Assembly (NCBI GenBank): GCA_030731625.1
Contig: JANQTQ010000137.1
Location: 1 to 46,892 of the forward strand
Direction of reading: 5' to 3'
Origin: Polaribacter sp.
GTDB lineage: Bacteria; Bacteroidota; Bacteroidia; Flavobacteriales; Flavobacteriaceae
DNA length: 46,892 nt
Below, piece after piece: positions 20,670 through 28,038 of this stretch. The notes below the pieces were generated by a model, which worked only from the letters and a program-made list of their open reading frames with translations, searched no databases and was not told the DNA's origin. Numbering within the stretch: the stretch's first letter is position 1; every line of letters begins with the position of its first letter. A program made the translations under genes and the position numbers.

Positions 20670-21452
20670 ATGAAATTTGATACTATTTTAGTGGCAATAA
20701 ATAACCAACTTGCTCAAATAACGATAAACAGGCCTCATAAATTAAACGCTTTAAATAAGGTAACTATAGAAGAATTAAGCGAAGCTTTTGAAGCTCTAGA
20801 AGACAATGAGGATGTTAAAGTAATTGTGCTTACAGGTAGTGGAGATAAAGCTTTTGTTGCAGGAGCTGATATTTCTGAATTTGCTCATTTTTCTGTTGAT
20901 GAAGGCGGAACTCTAGCAAGAAACGGACAAGAAATATTGTTTAACATCGTAGAGAATTTATCTAAACCGGTTATTGCAGCAATTAACGGATTTGCTTTAG
21001 GTGGCGGTTTAGAATTGGCAATGGCTTGTCATTTTAGAATTGCATCGGATAATGCAAAAATGGGTTTACCAGAAGTTTCTTTAGGTGTAATTCCTGGTTA
21101 TGGAGGTACACAACGCTTGCCACAATTGGTAGGTAAAGGTAAAGCTATGGAAATGATTATGACCGCAACAATGATTCCTGCTGATGAAGCTTTAAAGTGT
21201 GGTTTGGTAAATTATGTAACTACGCAAGAAGAGTTATTACCTTTAGCAGAAAAAATTGCTGGTAAAATAATGCGAAATTCTTCTGTAGCAATTTCTGCTG
21301 CTATTAGAGCCGTTAATGCAAACTTTGAGGATGGTGTAAATGGGTATGATGTAGAAATTGAAGAGTTTGGAGATTGTTTTGGTACCGAAGATTTTATGGA
21401 AGGTACTACGGCATTTTTAGAAAAAAGAAAGCCTAATTTTCCAGGAGCCTAA
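20670..21452 (+). CDS. Enoyl-CoA hydratase/crotonase
   Basis: AFVAGADI, ALGGGLELAMAC and PEVSLGVIPGYGGTQRL. Confidence 0.93.
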   Translation: MKFDTILVAINNQLAQITINRPHKLNALNKVTIEELSEAFEALEDNEDVKVIVLTGSGDKAFVAGADISEFAHFSVDEGGTLARNGQEILFNIVENLSKPVIAAINGFALGGGLELAMACHFRIASDNAKMGLPEVSLGVIPGYGGTQRLPQLVGKGKAMEMIMTATMIPADEALKCGLVNYVTTQEELLPLAEKIAGKIMRNSSVAISAAIRAVNANFEDGVNGYDVEIEEFGDCFGTEDFMEGTTAFLEKRKPNFPGA

Positions 21453-21474
21453 TTTTATTCATTTTAGATAACAT

Positions 21475-21507
21475 AAAAAAAACGAGCCAATAAAGGCTCG
21501 TTTCTTT
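21475..21507. terminator. Terminator of array unit 1 (bidirectional with crotonase)
   Basis: A8-CGAGCC-AATAAA-GGCTCGTTT; homologous hairpins follow units 2 and 3. Confidence 0.8.
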
Positions 21508-21549
21508 GTTAAATTAAGATGTTTATTACGTTTTTAGATATAAATAATT

Positions 21550-22134
21550 TTAAAATGTAAACTCATTAGTGTAATTATCGTCATCACAATACACTACAAC
21601 TTTATAGTCTCCTTTTATATTTTTATCTAGTCTATAGGCTCTTTGTAATATAATTTCGCCCTTAACAGTTTCAGAAAAAATAACAGATCCGTTAAAAAAG
21701 ATAGCAACTTTTAAAGGTTTTTTATCAAAGTCTATTTTAGAAATTAAAACCAAGTCTTCTTTATTTTTAATGATTGGCTTAAAAATTACTTTTTCTGAAT
21801 CTTCAACAATAACTACATTTTTATTTTTTACTTCTAGAATTTTTACAGCAACTGTAAAATACTTATTTAATTCTATTGTGTAAATTCCATCGTTTAAAGA
21901 AGATAAATCGAAAAATTTTATTAACTCTCCTTCACTTTTAACAGACTCAGAATGAAGCTCAGTTCCGTTGTTATCTTTAACTGTTAATTACTGTCCTTTT
22001 TTAACGTTATCAAATACTACTTTTACTTTTTTAGCATTTACAATTTCGTTAAAATCCTTTACATTGTTTGCGTAGTTACATAATGTTACCAACATAAAAA
22101 CTACTACTAGTACTCTATTTTTAATTGTTTTCAT
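21550..22134 (-). pseudogene. Array unit 1: 194-codon secreted double-CTD-like protein interrupted by TAA at codon 49
   Basis: Manual translation MKTIKNRVLVVVFMLVTLCNYANN...VKKGQ*LTVKDNNG...NYTNEFTF; stop at 21988-21990 where both paralogs have CAA; otherwise in frame and the same 585-bp length. Confidence 0.9.
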
Positions 22135-22161
22135 AATATAAATTTTAAATAATTTATACTG

Positions 22162-22285
22162 CAAATTTATGGTAGAACATTAGTTTACAAAACAACAGAA
22201 TTGGCGTATTTATATTCATAATTACCGGTAAATTAAATGTTAATTAATTGTTAGGTTAAAATAGAATATAAAAAGGTTAAATTTA
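22162..22285 (-). promoter_or_regulatory. Unit 1 promoter (-7 TAAATTTG) and putative AraC operator
   Basis: -7 box at 22162-22169; GGTTAAAATAGAATA at 22254, repeated GGTTAA at 22275 (21-bp period). Confidence 0.65.
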
Positions 22286-22510
22286 AAAATATTTGATGTA
22301 GGTAGGTGTTTTGTCAAAAGCAATTTTAGGAGCTTTTTTTGTTTAATGAATACTACTAGATTGCATCTTTATTTTTTTAGTAAAATACATTCTTTCTTAA
22401 AAAGATGAGGGTAGAATAATTTGAAATTAGTTATTTTAAAAGCTGCCTTTTTATAGAAGTTAATATAAGCTTGGTCTTAATGAAGTGACAAATAAGGTTT
22501 GAATTGGTAC

Positions 22511-22540
22511 AAAAAAAACGAGCCAATTAAGACTCGTTTC
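22511..22540 (-). terminator. Terminator of array unit 2
   Basis: A8-CGAGCC-AATTAA-GACTCGTTT. Confidence 0.75.
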
Positions 22541-22587
22541 CTCGTTAAACATTTAATTTAACTTAATAATCAACTAAAACTAATTTT

Positions 22588-23172
22588 TTATATTTTAAAT
22601 GTGTTACTATAATTACTGTTATTACAATATACAATAACGGTGTATTCACCTGGTAAACTTTTATCTAACTTGTAAACTCTGTTTGTAATTAATTCGTTTT
22701 TAATAGTTTCTGAAAAAATGATTTCACCATCATACCATAAAGTTACAGCTAAAGGTTTTTTATCAAAATCTAATTTTGAAATTATTAACAAGTTATCTTC
22801 ATTTCTAATAACTGGTTTGAAAATTAATTTATCAGAATTTTCATTAAAAGTTACTTTACCATTTTTAACTTCTAGATGTTTACTAACTATTACAAATTCT
22901 TTATTTAATTTTATAGTGTATAAACCATCATTTAAAGATGACAAATCAAAATATTTGATTAATTCTCCTTCTTTAGATATCGTTTCAGAATGAAGTTGAA
23001 TTCCATTTTCGTCATTAAAAGTTAATTGATGTCCTTTTTTAACGTTTTCGAATACTACTTTTACTTTGTTAGCATTCATTGTATTGTTAAAATCCTTTTC
23101 GTTGTTTGCGTAGTTAAATAATGTTACCAACATAAATACTACTACTAATACTCTTCTTTTAATTGTTTTCAT
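22588..23172 (-). CDS. Array unit 2: secreted 194-aa protein of two tandem T9SS-CTD-like beta domains
   Basis: Signal peptide ending NYA; two repeats of the pattern DxxG..SE...F/Y.L..L.GxYT.; start set by the -7 box and paralog alignment. Confidence 0.85.
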   Translation of the reverse strand: MKTIKRRVLVVVFMLVTLFNYANNEKDFNNTMNANKVKVVFENVKKGHQLTFNDENGIQLHSETISKEGELIKYFDLSSLNDGLYTIKLNKEFVIVSKHLEVKNGKVTFNENSDKLIFKPVIRNEDNLLIISKLDFDKKPLAVTLWYDGEIIFSETIKNELITNRVYKLDKSLPGEYTVIVYCNNSNYSNTFKI

Positions 23173-23199
23173 ATTATAAATCTTTACTAATTTATACTG

Positions 23200-23325
23200 C
23201 AAATTTATGGTAGAACATTAGTTTACAAAACAACAAAATTGGCACATTTATAATCTATTTTAACTTCAATTTTGATATCGTTTTTATTAAAGGTTAAAAT
23301 AGTATATAATAGAGTTAATTTTATA
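23200..23325 (-). promoter_or_regulatory. Unit 2 promoter (-7 TAAATTTG) and putative AraC operator
   Basis: -7 box at 23200-23207; inverted pair CTATTTTAAC (23255) / GTTAAAATAG (23293); extra AGTTAA at 23313. Confidence 0.7.
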
Positions 23326-23637
23326 GCAATTTGTATAATTAGTTTGTGAAGAAAAATAGCAGGAATCATTTATAATTTCTTAGTTGTCTAATTACTAGGG
23401 TTTCAGTTTAGGGTTGTTAAATTTTAAGAGGAGTATCTGTTTTAATTATTCATTAAGTTTTTTGTTGGCCTTTTTTTAATTGAATTTTTTATCATTAGAA
23501 AAGTAACTAAGTAAAAAAAAGGTTTAGTTCTTATCTTATCAGCATGTACATTTATAAATTTCGATAACCAGTTATTCCTTTCTGATCATTAAAAGCCAAA
23601 ACGATTTTAGAGAAAGCACGTATCGAAAAATTAGCAC

Positions 23638-23670
23638 AAAAAAAAACGAGCTCATAAAAGCTCGCTTTTC
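23638..23670 (-). terminator. Terminator of array unit 3
   Basis: A9-CGAGCT-CATAAA-AGCTCG. Confidence 0.75.
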
Positions 23671-23715
23671 GTTAAATAACCAATTTAACCTCAATCAATA
23701 TTCAATTTGAATTAA

Positions 23716-24300
23716 TTATATTTTAAAAAAACTACTATAACTTTTACCGTTGCTATTTACAACAACTGTATAGTTCCCTTTTAATTCTTTATTTAATTTG
23801 TATACTCTGTTAATAATTAACTCGCTTTTTATAGTTTCTGATAAGATCATATCACCTTCAAAAAATAAGGTAACTTTTAATGGATTTTCATTAAAATCTA
23901 ATTTTGAAATCAATACCAAATCATCTTCATTTTTAATAAGTGGTTTAAAAATTACTTGTTCAGAATTGTCTATAAAAATTACTTTGTTATCTTTAACTTC
24001 TAGATATTTTATAACAACTAAAAATTCTTTATTTAATTCTATAGTGTATAAACCATCATTTAAAGATGATAAATCAAAAACCTTAGTTAATTCTCCTTCT
24101 TTCGTTAATAATTCAGAATGTAATTCAACTCCATTTTCATCATTAACAGTTAATTGCTGTCCTTTTTTAACATCTTCAAATACTACTTTTACATTTTTAG
24201 CATTTACGATATTGTTAAAATCCTTTTCGTTGTTTGCGTAGTTACATAATGTTACCAACATTAAAGCTACTACTAATACATTTTGTTTAATTGTTTTCAT
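23716..24300 (-). CDS. Array unit 3: secreted 194-aa protein of two tandem T9SS-CTD-like beta domains
   Basis: Gap-free alignment to unit 2, about 133/194 identical by hand count. Confidence 0.85.
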   Translation of the reverse strand: MKTIKQNVLVVALMLVTLCNYANNEKDFNNIVNAKNVKVVFEDVKKGQQLTVNDENGVELHSELLTKEGELTKVFDLSSLNDGLYTIELNKEFLVVIKYLEVKDNKVIFIDNSEQVIFKPLIKNEDDLVLISKLDFNENPLKVTLFFEGDMILSETIKSELIINRVYKLNKELKGNYTVVVNSNGKSYSSFFKI

Positions 24301-24327
24301 AAAATAAATTTTTACTAATTTATAATG

Positions 24328-24483
24328 CAAATCTATAGCGGTTTTAAGATGTACAAAACAACAAAATTGGTATATTTGTATTCTATTTTAACTGTAAAGG
24401 TGTTGTTAATTTATGTTAAGGTTAATTTAACGTATAATAAAGGAAATTTATATAGGTAATCATTTTGATCTTTCGTATTTTTG
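24328..24483. promoter_or_regulatory. Divergent promoter region shared by unit 3 and araC, with operator
   Basis: Minus -7 TAGATTTG 24328-24335; TATTCTATTTTAAC 24379; GGTTAA 24420; plus -7 TATTTTTG 24476-24483. Confidence 0.7.
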
Positions 24484-24491
24484 CAAAATAT

Positions 24492-25364
24492 ATGATACAA
24501 ATAAAACCAACTCTCGAAAAGATAACACCAAATTTTGGTAGTTCTCTATTAGTTAAGAAACATGAAGAGTTTTTAAAAACGAATACCCCTTTTTGGCATT
24601 TTCATCCAGAAATAGAATTAGTGTATGTAAATAAAGGAAAAGGTAAAAGACATATCGGTAATCACATAAGCTACTTTAATAATAGTCAATTAGTATTAAT
24701 AGGCTCTAACTTGCCACATGTTGGTTATATAGATCGTTTAACTACAAATGGTTCAGAAACTTTAATACAATTTAAGCCAGATTTTTTAGGAAGTGAATTT
24801 TTTAAAATTCCAGAAATGATTGCTGTTGATGCACTTTTTGAACGTGCAAAAAAAGGCATCCGTTTTAATATAGAAATTAAACAAAGAATTGGCGCAAAAA
24901 TTGAAGCTTTAGTAGAGCAAGACGGTGTAGAAAGAATTGCTTCTTTTTTAGAAATATTAAATGATTTGGCAACTACAGACGATTATACCTTGTTAAATGC
25001 CAATGGTTTTGCTTTTGAAACCATACCGCAAGACAGCAATAAAATTGAGGTTATTTACAATCACATTAACAATCATTTTAGCGAACATATTAGTTTAGAT
25101 GAAATTTCTGAATTAGTAAGTATGACGGTACCTGCTTTTTGTAGATATTTTAAAAAATCTACAGGAAAAACATTTACAAAATTAGTAAATGAATACAGAG
25201 TGGTGCACGCAACTAAATTATTAGCAGAAAGTAATTCTAGTATTGCAGATGTTAGTTTTGAATGTGGCTTTAATAATTTTTCTCACTTTAATAAGTTATT
25301 TAAAAACTTTACAGGAAAAAGTGCTTCTAAATATAGAAGCGAAATGAAAAATTTAATTCAATAA
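24492..25364 (+). CDS. AraC family regulator with N-terminal cupin sensing domain
   Basis: WHFHPEIEL, GSNLPH, AFCRYFKK and CGFNNFSHFNKLFK; ATG 24492 lies just after the -7 box. Confidence 0.93.
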   Translation: MIQIKPTLEKITPNFGSSLLVKKHEEFLKTNTPFWHFHPEIELVYVNKGKGKRHIGNHISYFNNSQLVLIGSNLPHVGYIDRLTTNGSETLIQFKPDFLGSEFFKIPEMIAVDALFERAKKGIRFNIEIKQRIGAKIEALVEQDGVERIASFLEILNDLATTDDYTLLNANGFAFETIPQDSNKIEVIYNHINNHFSEHISLDEISELVSMTVPAFCRYFKKSTGKTFTKLVNEYRVVHATKLLAESNSSIADVSFECGFNNFSHFNKLFKNFTGKSASKYRSEMKNLIQ

Positions 25365-25369
25365 AAACC

Positions 25370-25543
25370 ATGGGTGATAAAATTAAGAAAGCATTAGATT
25401 ACTATACTTTTAAAAGTACAGAAATTTTAAATTTTATAAATGCTAGTAATAATCTTACCGTAGAGCAAATCATAGAAAAAGGAGAAGAATTAGCAGTTTT
25501 AGAAGCTAAAATAACAGCCTTAGAAGTTGCAGAAGAAAGTTAA
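25370..25543 (+). CDS. Small 57-aa helical protein (not in the ORF track)
   Basis: MGDKIKKALDYYTFKSTEILNFINASNNLTVEQIIEKGEELAVLEAKITALEVAEES; 5 nt after the araC stop; fills the spacer. Confidence 0.7.
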   Translation: MGDKIKKALDYYTFKSTEILNFINASNNLTVEQIIEKGEELAVLEAKITALEVAEES

Positions 25544-25603
25544 ATAGTCTTTATAAAATCTATTTTTTAGTTTTTTCTGATGAAAGCCAAATCAGAATAA
25601 AAA

Positions 25604-26263
25604 TTATTGATCACCATTCCACTCAGTATAAAATTGAGTTAGAAATACTTCCATAAATTGATGTCTTTCTAGTGCAATTTTTTTCCCAGTTTCCGTATTC
25701 ATTGTATCCTTCAAAAGCAGTAGTTTTTCATAAAAATGGTTGATTGTTGGGGCATCAGAATTTTTGTATTGTTCTTTTGATTGATTTAAATTCGGTAAAA
25801 TTGCTGGATTGTAAAGCGCTCTATTTTTAAATCCGCCATAATTAAAACAACGTGCAATACCAATAGCACCAATTGCGTCTAATCTGTCGGCATCTTGCAC
25901 AACTTCTAATTCTTTGGATGTAAATTTTTCACCAGTAATATCTAAAGAATTTTTAAAAGAAATATGTTTTATAATATCAATAACATGCGTAATTATTTCT
26001 GAGTTAACTTTTTGATTTTCAAGAAATTCAGCAGCTATTTTCGGGCCAATAGTTTCATCACCATTATAAAATTTAGGATCGGCAATATCGTGTAATAAAG
26101 CACCTAAAGAAACAACAAAAGCATCCACTTTTTCATCCTTAGAAATTAACATAGCATTTTTATAAACTCGTTCTATATGAAACCAATCGTGACCGCCTTC
26201 TGCATCTAGTAATTCCTTTTTTACAAATTCGATTGTGTTTTGTAGTATTTTTTCTTGATACAT
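25604..26263 (-). CDS. HD-domain phosphohydrolase (YedJ-like)
   Basis: GHDWFHIERV, LLHDIAD, VQDADRLDAIGAIG and HFYEKLL. Confidence 0.9.
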   Translation of the reverse strand: MYQEKILQNTIEFVKKELLDAEGGHDWFHIERVYKNAMLISKDEKVDAFVVSLGALLHDIADPKFYNGDETIGPKIAAEFLENQKVNSEIITHVIDIIKHISFKNSLDITGEKFTSKELEVVQDADRLDAIGAIGIARCFNYGGFKNRALYNPAILPNLNQSKEQYKNSDAPTINHFYEKLLLLKDTMNTETGKKIALERHQFMEVFLTQFYTEWNGDQ

Positions 26264-26264
26264 C

Positions 26265-26504
26265 TTATTTTCTTGAGGCTAATTTTTTTTTAAGACTTTT
26301 TACTTCAAAAAACATCACAAATAACATGGGTGTAAAAAATAATGGTAAAAATGTATGAAAAGAAATTCCGTTTTCTACGGTAGAAAAAACGGCAAAAATA
26401 ATCATAAAAAAGAGCACAACTATTTGTAGAAGAATCATTAAATTTTGTTTTTTAATTTTCTTTTCTAACTCTTCTTTTGTGCACGGAGGTAATATGGAAG
26501 CCAT
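26265..26504 (-). CDS. Small two-TM hypothetical protein (79 aa)
   Basis: MASILPPCTKEELEKK start, two hydrophobic segments; stop is 1 nt before the HD gene start. Confidence 0.65.
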   Translation of the reverse strand: MASILPPCTKEELEKKIKKQNLMILLQIVVLFFMIIFAVFSTVENGISFHTFLPLFFTPMLFVMFFEVKSLKKKLASRK

Positions 26505-26526
26505 AATTTTAATTTTTAATAAAAAT

Positions 26527-26555
26527 AAAAAATCCATTCAAAATAGAATGGATTT
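26527..26555 (-). terminator. Terminator after the bacilliredoxin gene
   Basis: AAATCCATTC-AAAATA-GAATGGATTT with A-tract on the left. Confidence 0.65.
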
Positions 26556-26590
26556 AAAGTTCTTTCTTTAAAAAAAGTAGATACTATTTT

Positions 26591-27001
26591 TTAACAAAAC
26601 TCTTCGTAAGCTTGTGCTAAATTTTGTGCAATCATTTGTGCAGATCTACCTTCTATATGATGACGCTCTAACATATGTACTAAACTACCATCTTTAAACA
26701 ATGCAATTGCAGGTGATGATGGAGGAAAAGGAATCATAAATTCTCTTGCTTTTTGTGTAGATTCTTTTTCTACACCAGCAAAAACTGTTGTTAAGTTTGT
26801 TGGCGTTTTATCTGCGCCTAAAGAAGCAATTGCTCCTGGTCTTGCAGTACCAGCTGCACAACCGCAAACAGAATTTACCATCACTAAAGTAGTTCCTTCT
26901 TTTGCTATTGCTTGCTCTACGTCTTCACTTGTATATAATGCTTTAAAACCAGCGTTAATTAATTCATCGCGCATTGGTTTTACTAATTCTTCTGGATACA
27001 T
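26591..27001 (-). CDS. BrxA/BrxB family bacilliredoxin
   Basis: MYPEELVKPMR, VNSVCGCAAG, PPSSP and ERHHIEG; -7 TATATTTG at 27020-27027 (minus). Confidence 0.92.
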   Translation of the reverse strand: MYPEELVKPMRDELINAGFKALYTSEDVEQAIAKEGTTLVMVNSVCGCAAGTARPGAIASLGADKTPTNLTTVFAGVEKESTQKAREFMIPFPPSSPAIALFKDGSLVHMLERHHIEGRSAQMIAQNLAQAYEEFC

Positions 27002-27154
27002 AATTATAATTTTAAGATGCAAATATAAATATAAAAAAAGCAAAATTCAAGACGAAGATTAATTGTTTATGTTATGTACACATCAATAAAATTGATATTT
27101 TAACTTAAAACACTGATGTTTTGTTATATTTGAACTTAATTTTTTATAATTTTT

Positions 27155-27913
27155 ATGGGTAGTTTTACAAAATGGTTAGGTGCAGGATTAGGGTTTACAT
27201 TAGGCGGACCAATAGGCGCTGCAATTGGTTTTGCATTAGGTAGCTTTGTTGATGGGTTTTCTGAAGATGACGTAAAATATGAGCAAAAAGAATATCAAGA
27301 AAGAGTTAGTAGTGCAAACGGAACCGTAAATACAAATTCTGGAGATTTTGAAATGAGTCTTTTGGTGTTAGCATCCATCGTCATAAAATCTGATGGAAAA
27401 GTTGATCAAAGAGAATTAGACTTTGTGAGAGCTCAGTTTGTAGGAATGTATGGCAAAGAAAGAGCTAATAATGCTTTTAAATTGTTTAAAGGAATTATTA
27501 AAAAAGAGGTTTCTTCTCGTCAGGTTTGTATTCAAATTAGAGAACACATGTCTCATGCTTCTCGTTTGCAATTGTTACACTTTTTGTTTGGTATCGCAAA
27601 AGCGGATGGATTTGTAATTCCATCAGAAATAGAAGAAATTAAAAAAATTGCAGGCTATTTATACATCAACCAAAATGATTTCGATTCAATTAAAGCAATG
27701 TTTTACGATGAATCTGATGCGGCTTATAAAATTTTAGAAATTACAAAAGATGCTACCAATGATGAGGTTAAAAAAGCATACCGAATAATGGCTAAAAAAT
27801 ACCATCCAGATAAATTACAAGATTTAGGGCCAGAGCATATAAACGGAGCGCATGAAAAATTTCAAAGCATACAATCTGCCTACGAAAAAATAAAATCAGA
27901 AAGAGGGCTTTAA
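27155..27913 (+). CDS. DjlA-like co-chaperone (TerB-like domain plus C-terminal J domain)
   Basis: Gly-rich N-terminal anchor, KSDG/KADG motifs, KYHPDK; -7 TATATTTG at 27125-27132. Confidence 0.88.
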   Translation: MGSFTKWLGAGLGFTLGGPIGAAIGFALGSFVDGFSEDDVKYEQKEYQERVSSANGTVNTNSGDFEMSLLVLASIVIKSDGKVDQRELDFVRAQFVGMYGKERANNAFKLFKGIIKKEVSSRQVCIQIREHMSHASRLQLLHFLFGIAKADGFVIPSEIEEIKKIAGYLYINQNDFDSIKAMFYDESDAAYKILEITKDATNDEVKKAYRIMAKKYHPDKLQDLGPEHINGAHEKFQSIQSAYEKIKSERGL

Positions 27914-27935
27914 TGCTGGATGCTGCATTCTAGAA

Positions 27936-27985
27936 TCAAAGTTTAGGATGTGAACTTTAAATGTTGAATTTTAAACTTTGAACAA
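27936..27985. repeat. Degenerate heptamer tandem (TGAACTT/TAAACTT x5) with a 10-bp inverted partner upstream of ileS
   Basis: TGAACTT TAAATGT TGAATTT TAAACTT TGAACAA at 27951-27985; TCAAAGTTTA (27936) pairs with TAAACTTTGA (27972). Confidence 0.55.
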
Positions 27986-28038
27986 CTAAATTTCCAAGAA
28001 AATCCTTAATTTCGCAAACTTATTAGAAAAGATAGAAA

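Noticed and set aside
21988-21990. Programmed recoding of the in-frame stop
   Set aside because: The codon is TAA, not TGA or TAG, and is one transition from the paralogs' CAA
23239-23255. TTGGCAC as a sigma54 -24 box
   Set aside because: Opposite strand to the array genes and no GC at -12; better explained as part of the operator
21475-24450. Array as CRISPR, integron cassettes or diversity-generating retroelement
   Set aside because: Repeat units are whole ~1.0-1.1-kb genes with their own promoters; no integrase, attC, reverse transcriptase or adenine-specific variation
23173-24491. Longer ORF-track starts (23202, 24330, 24465; likewise 27043, 31502, 36787, 38172)
   Set aside because: They fall within or upstream of -7 promoter boxes or overlap the previous gene; downstream ATGs fit better
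27155-27913. Tellurite resistance locus
   Set aside because: The TerB-like domain is fused to a J domain (DjlA architecture); no other ter genes
27914-28038. T-box riboswitch before ileS
   Set aside because: No T-box consensus, and the -7 box leaves only about 20 nt of leader
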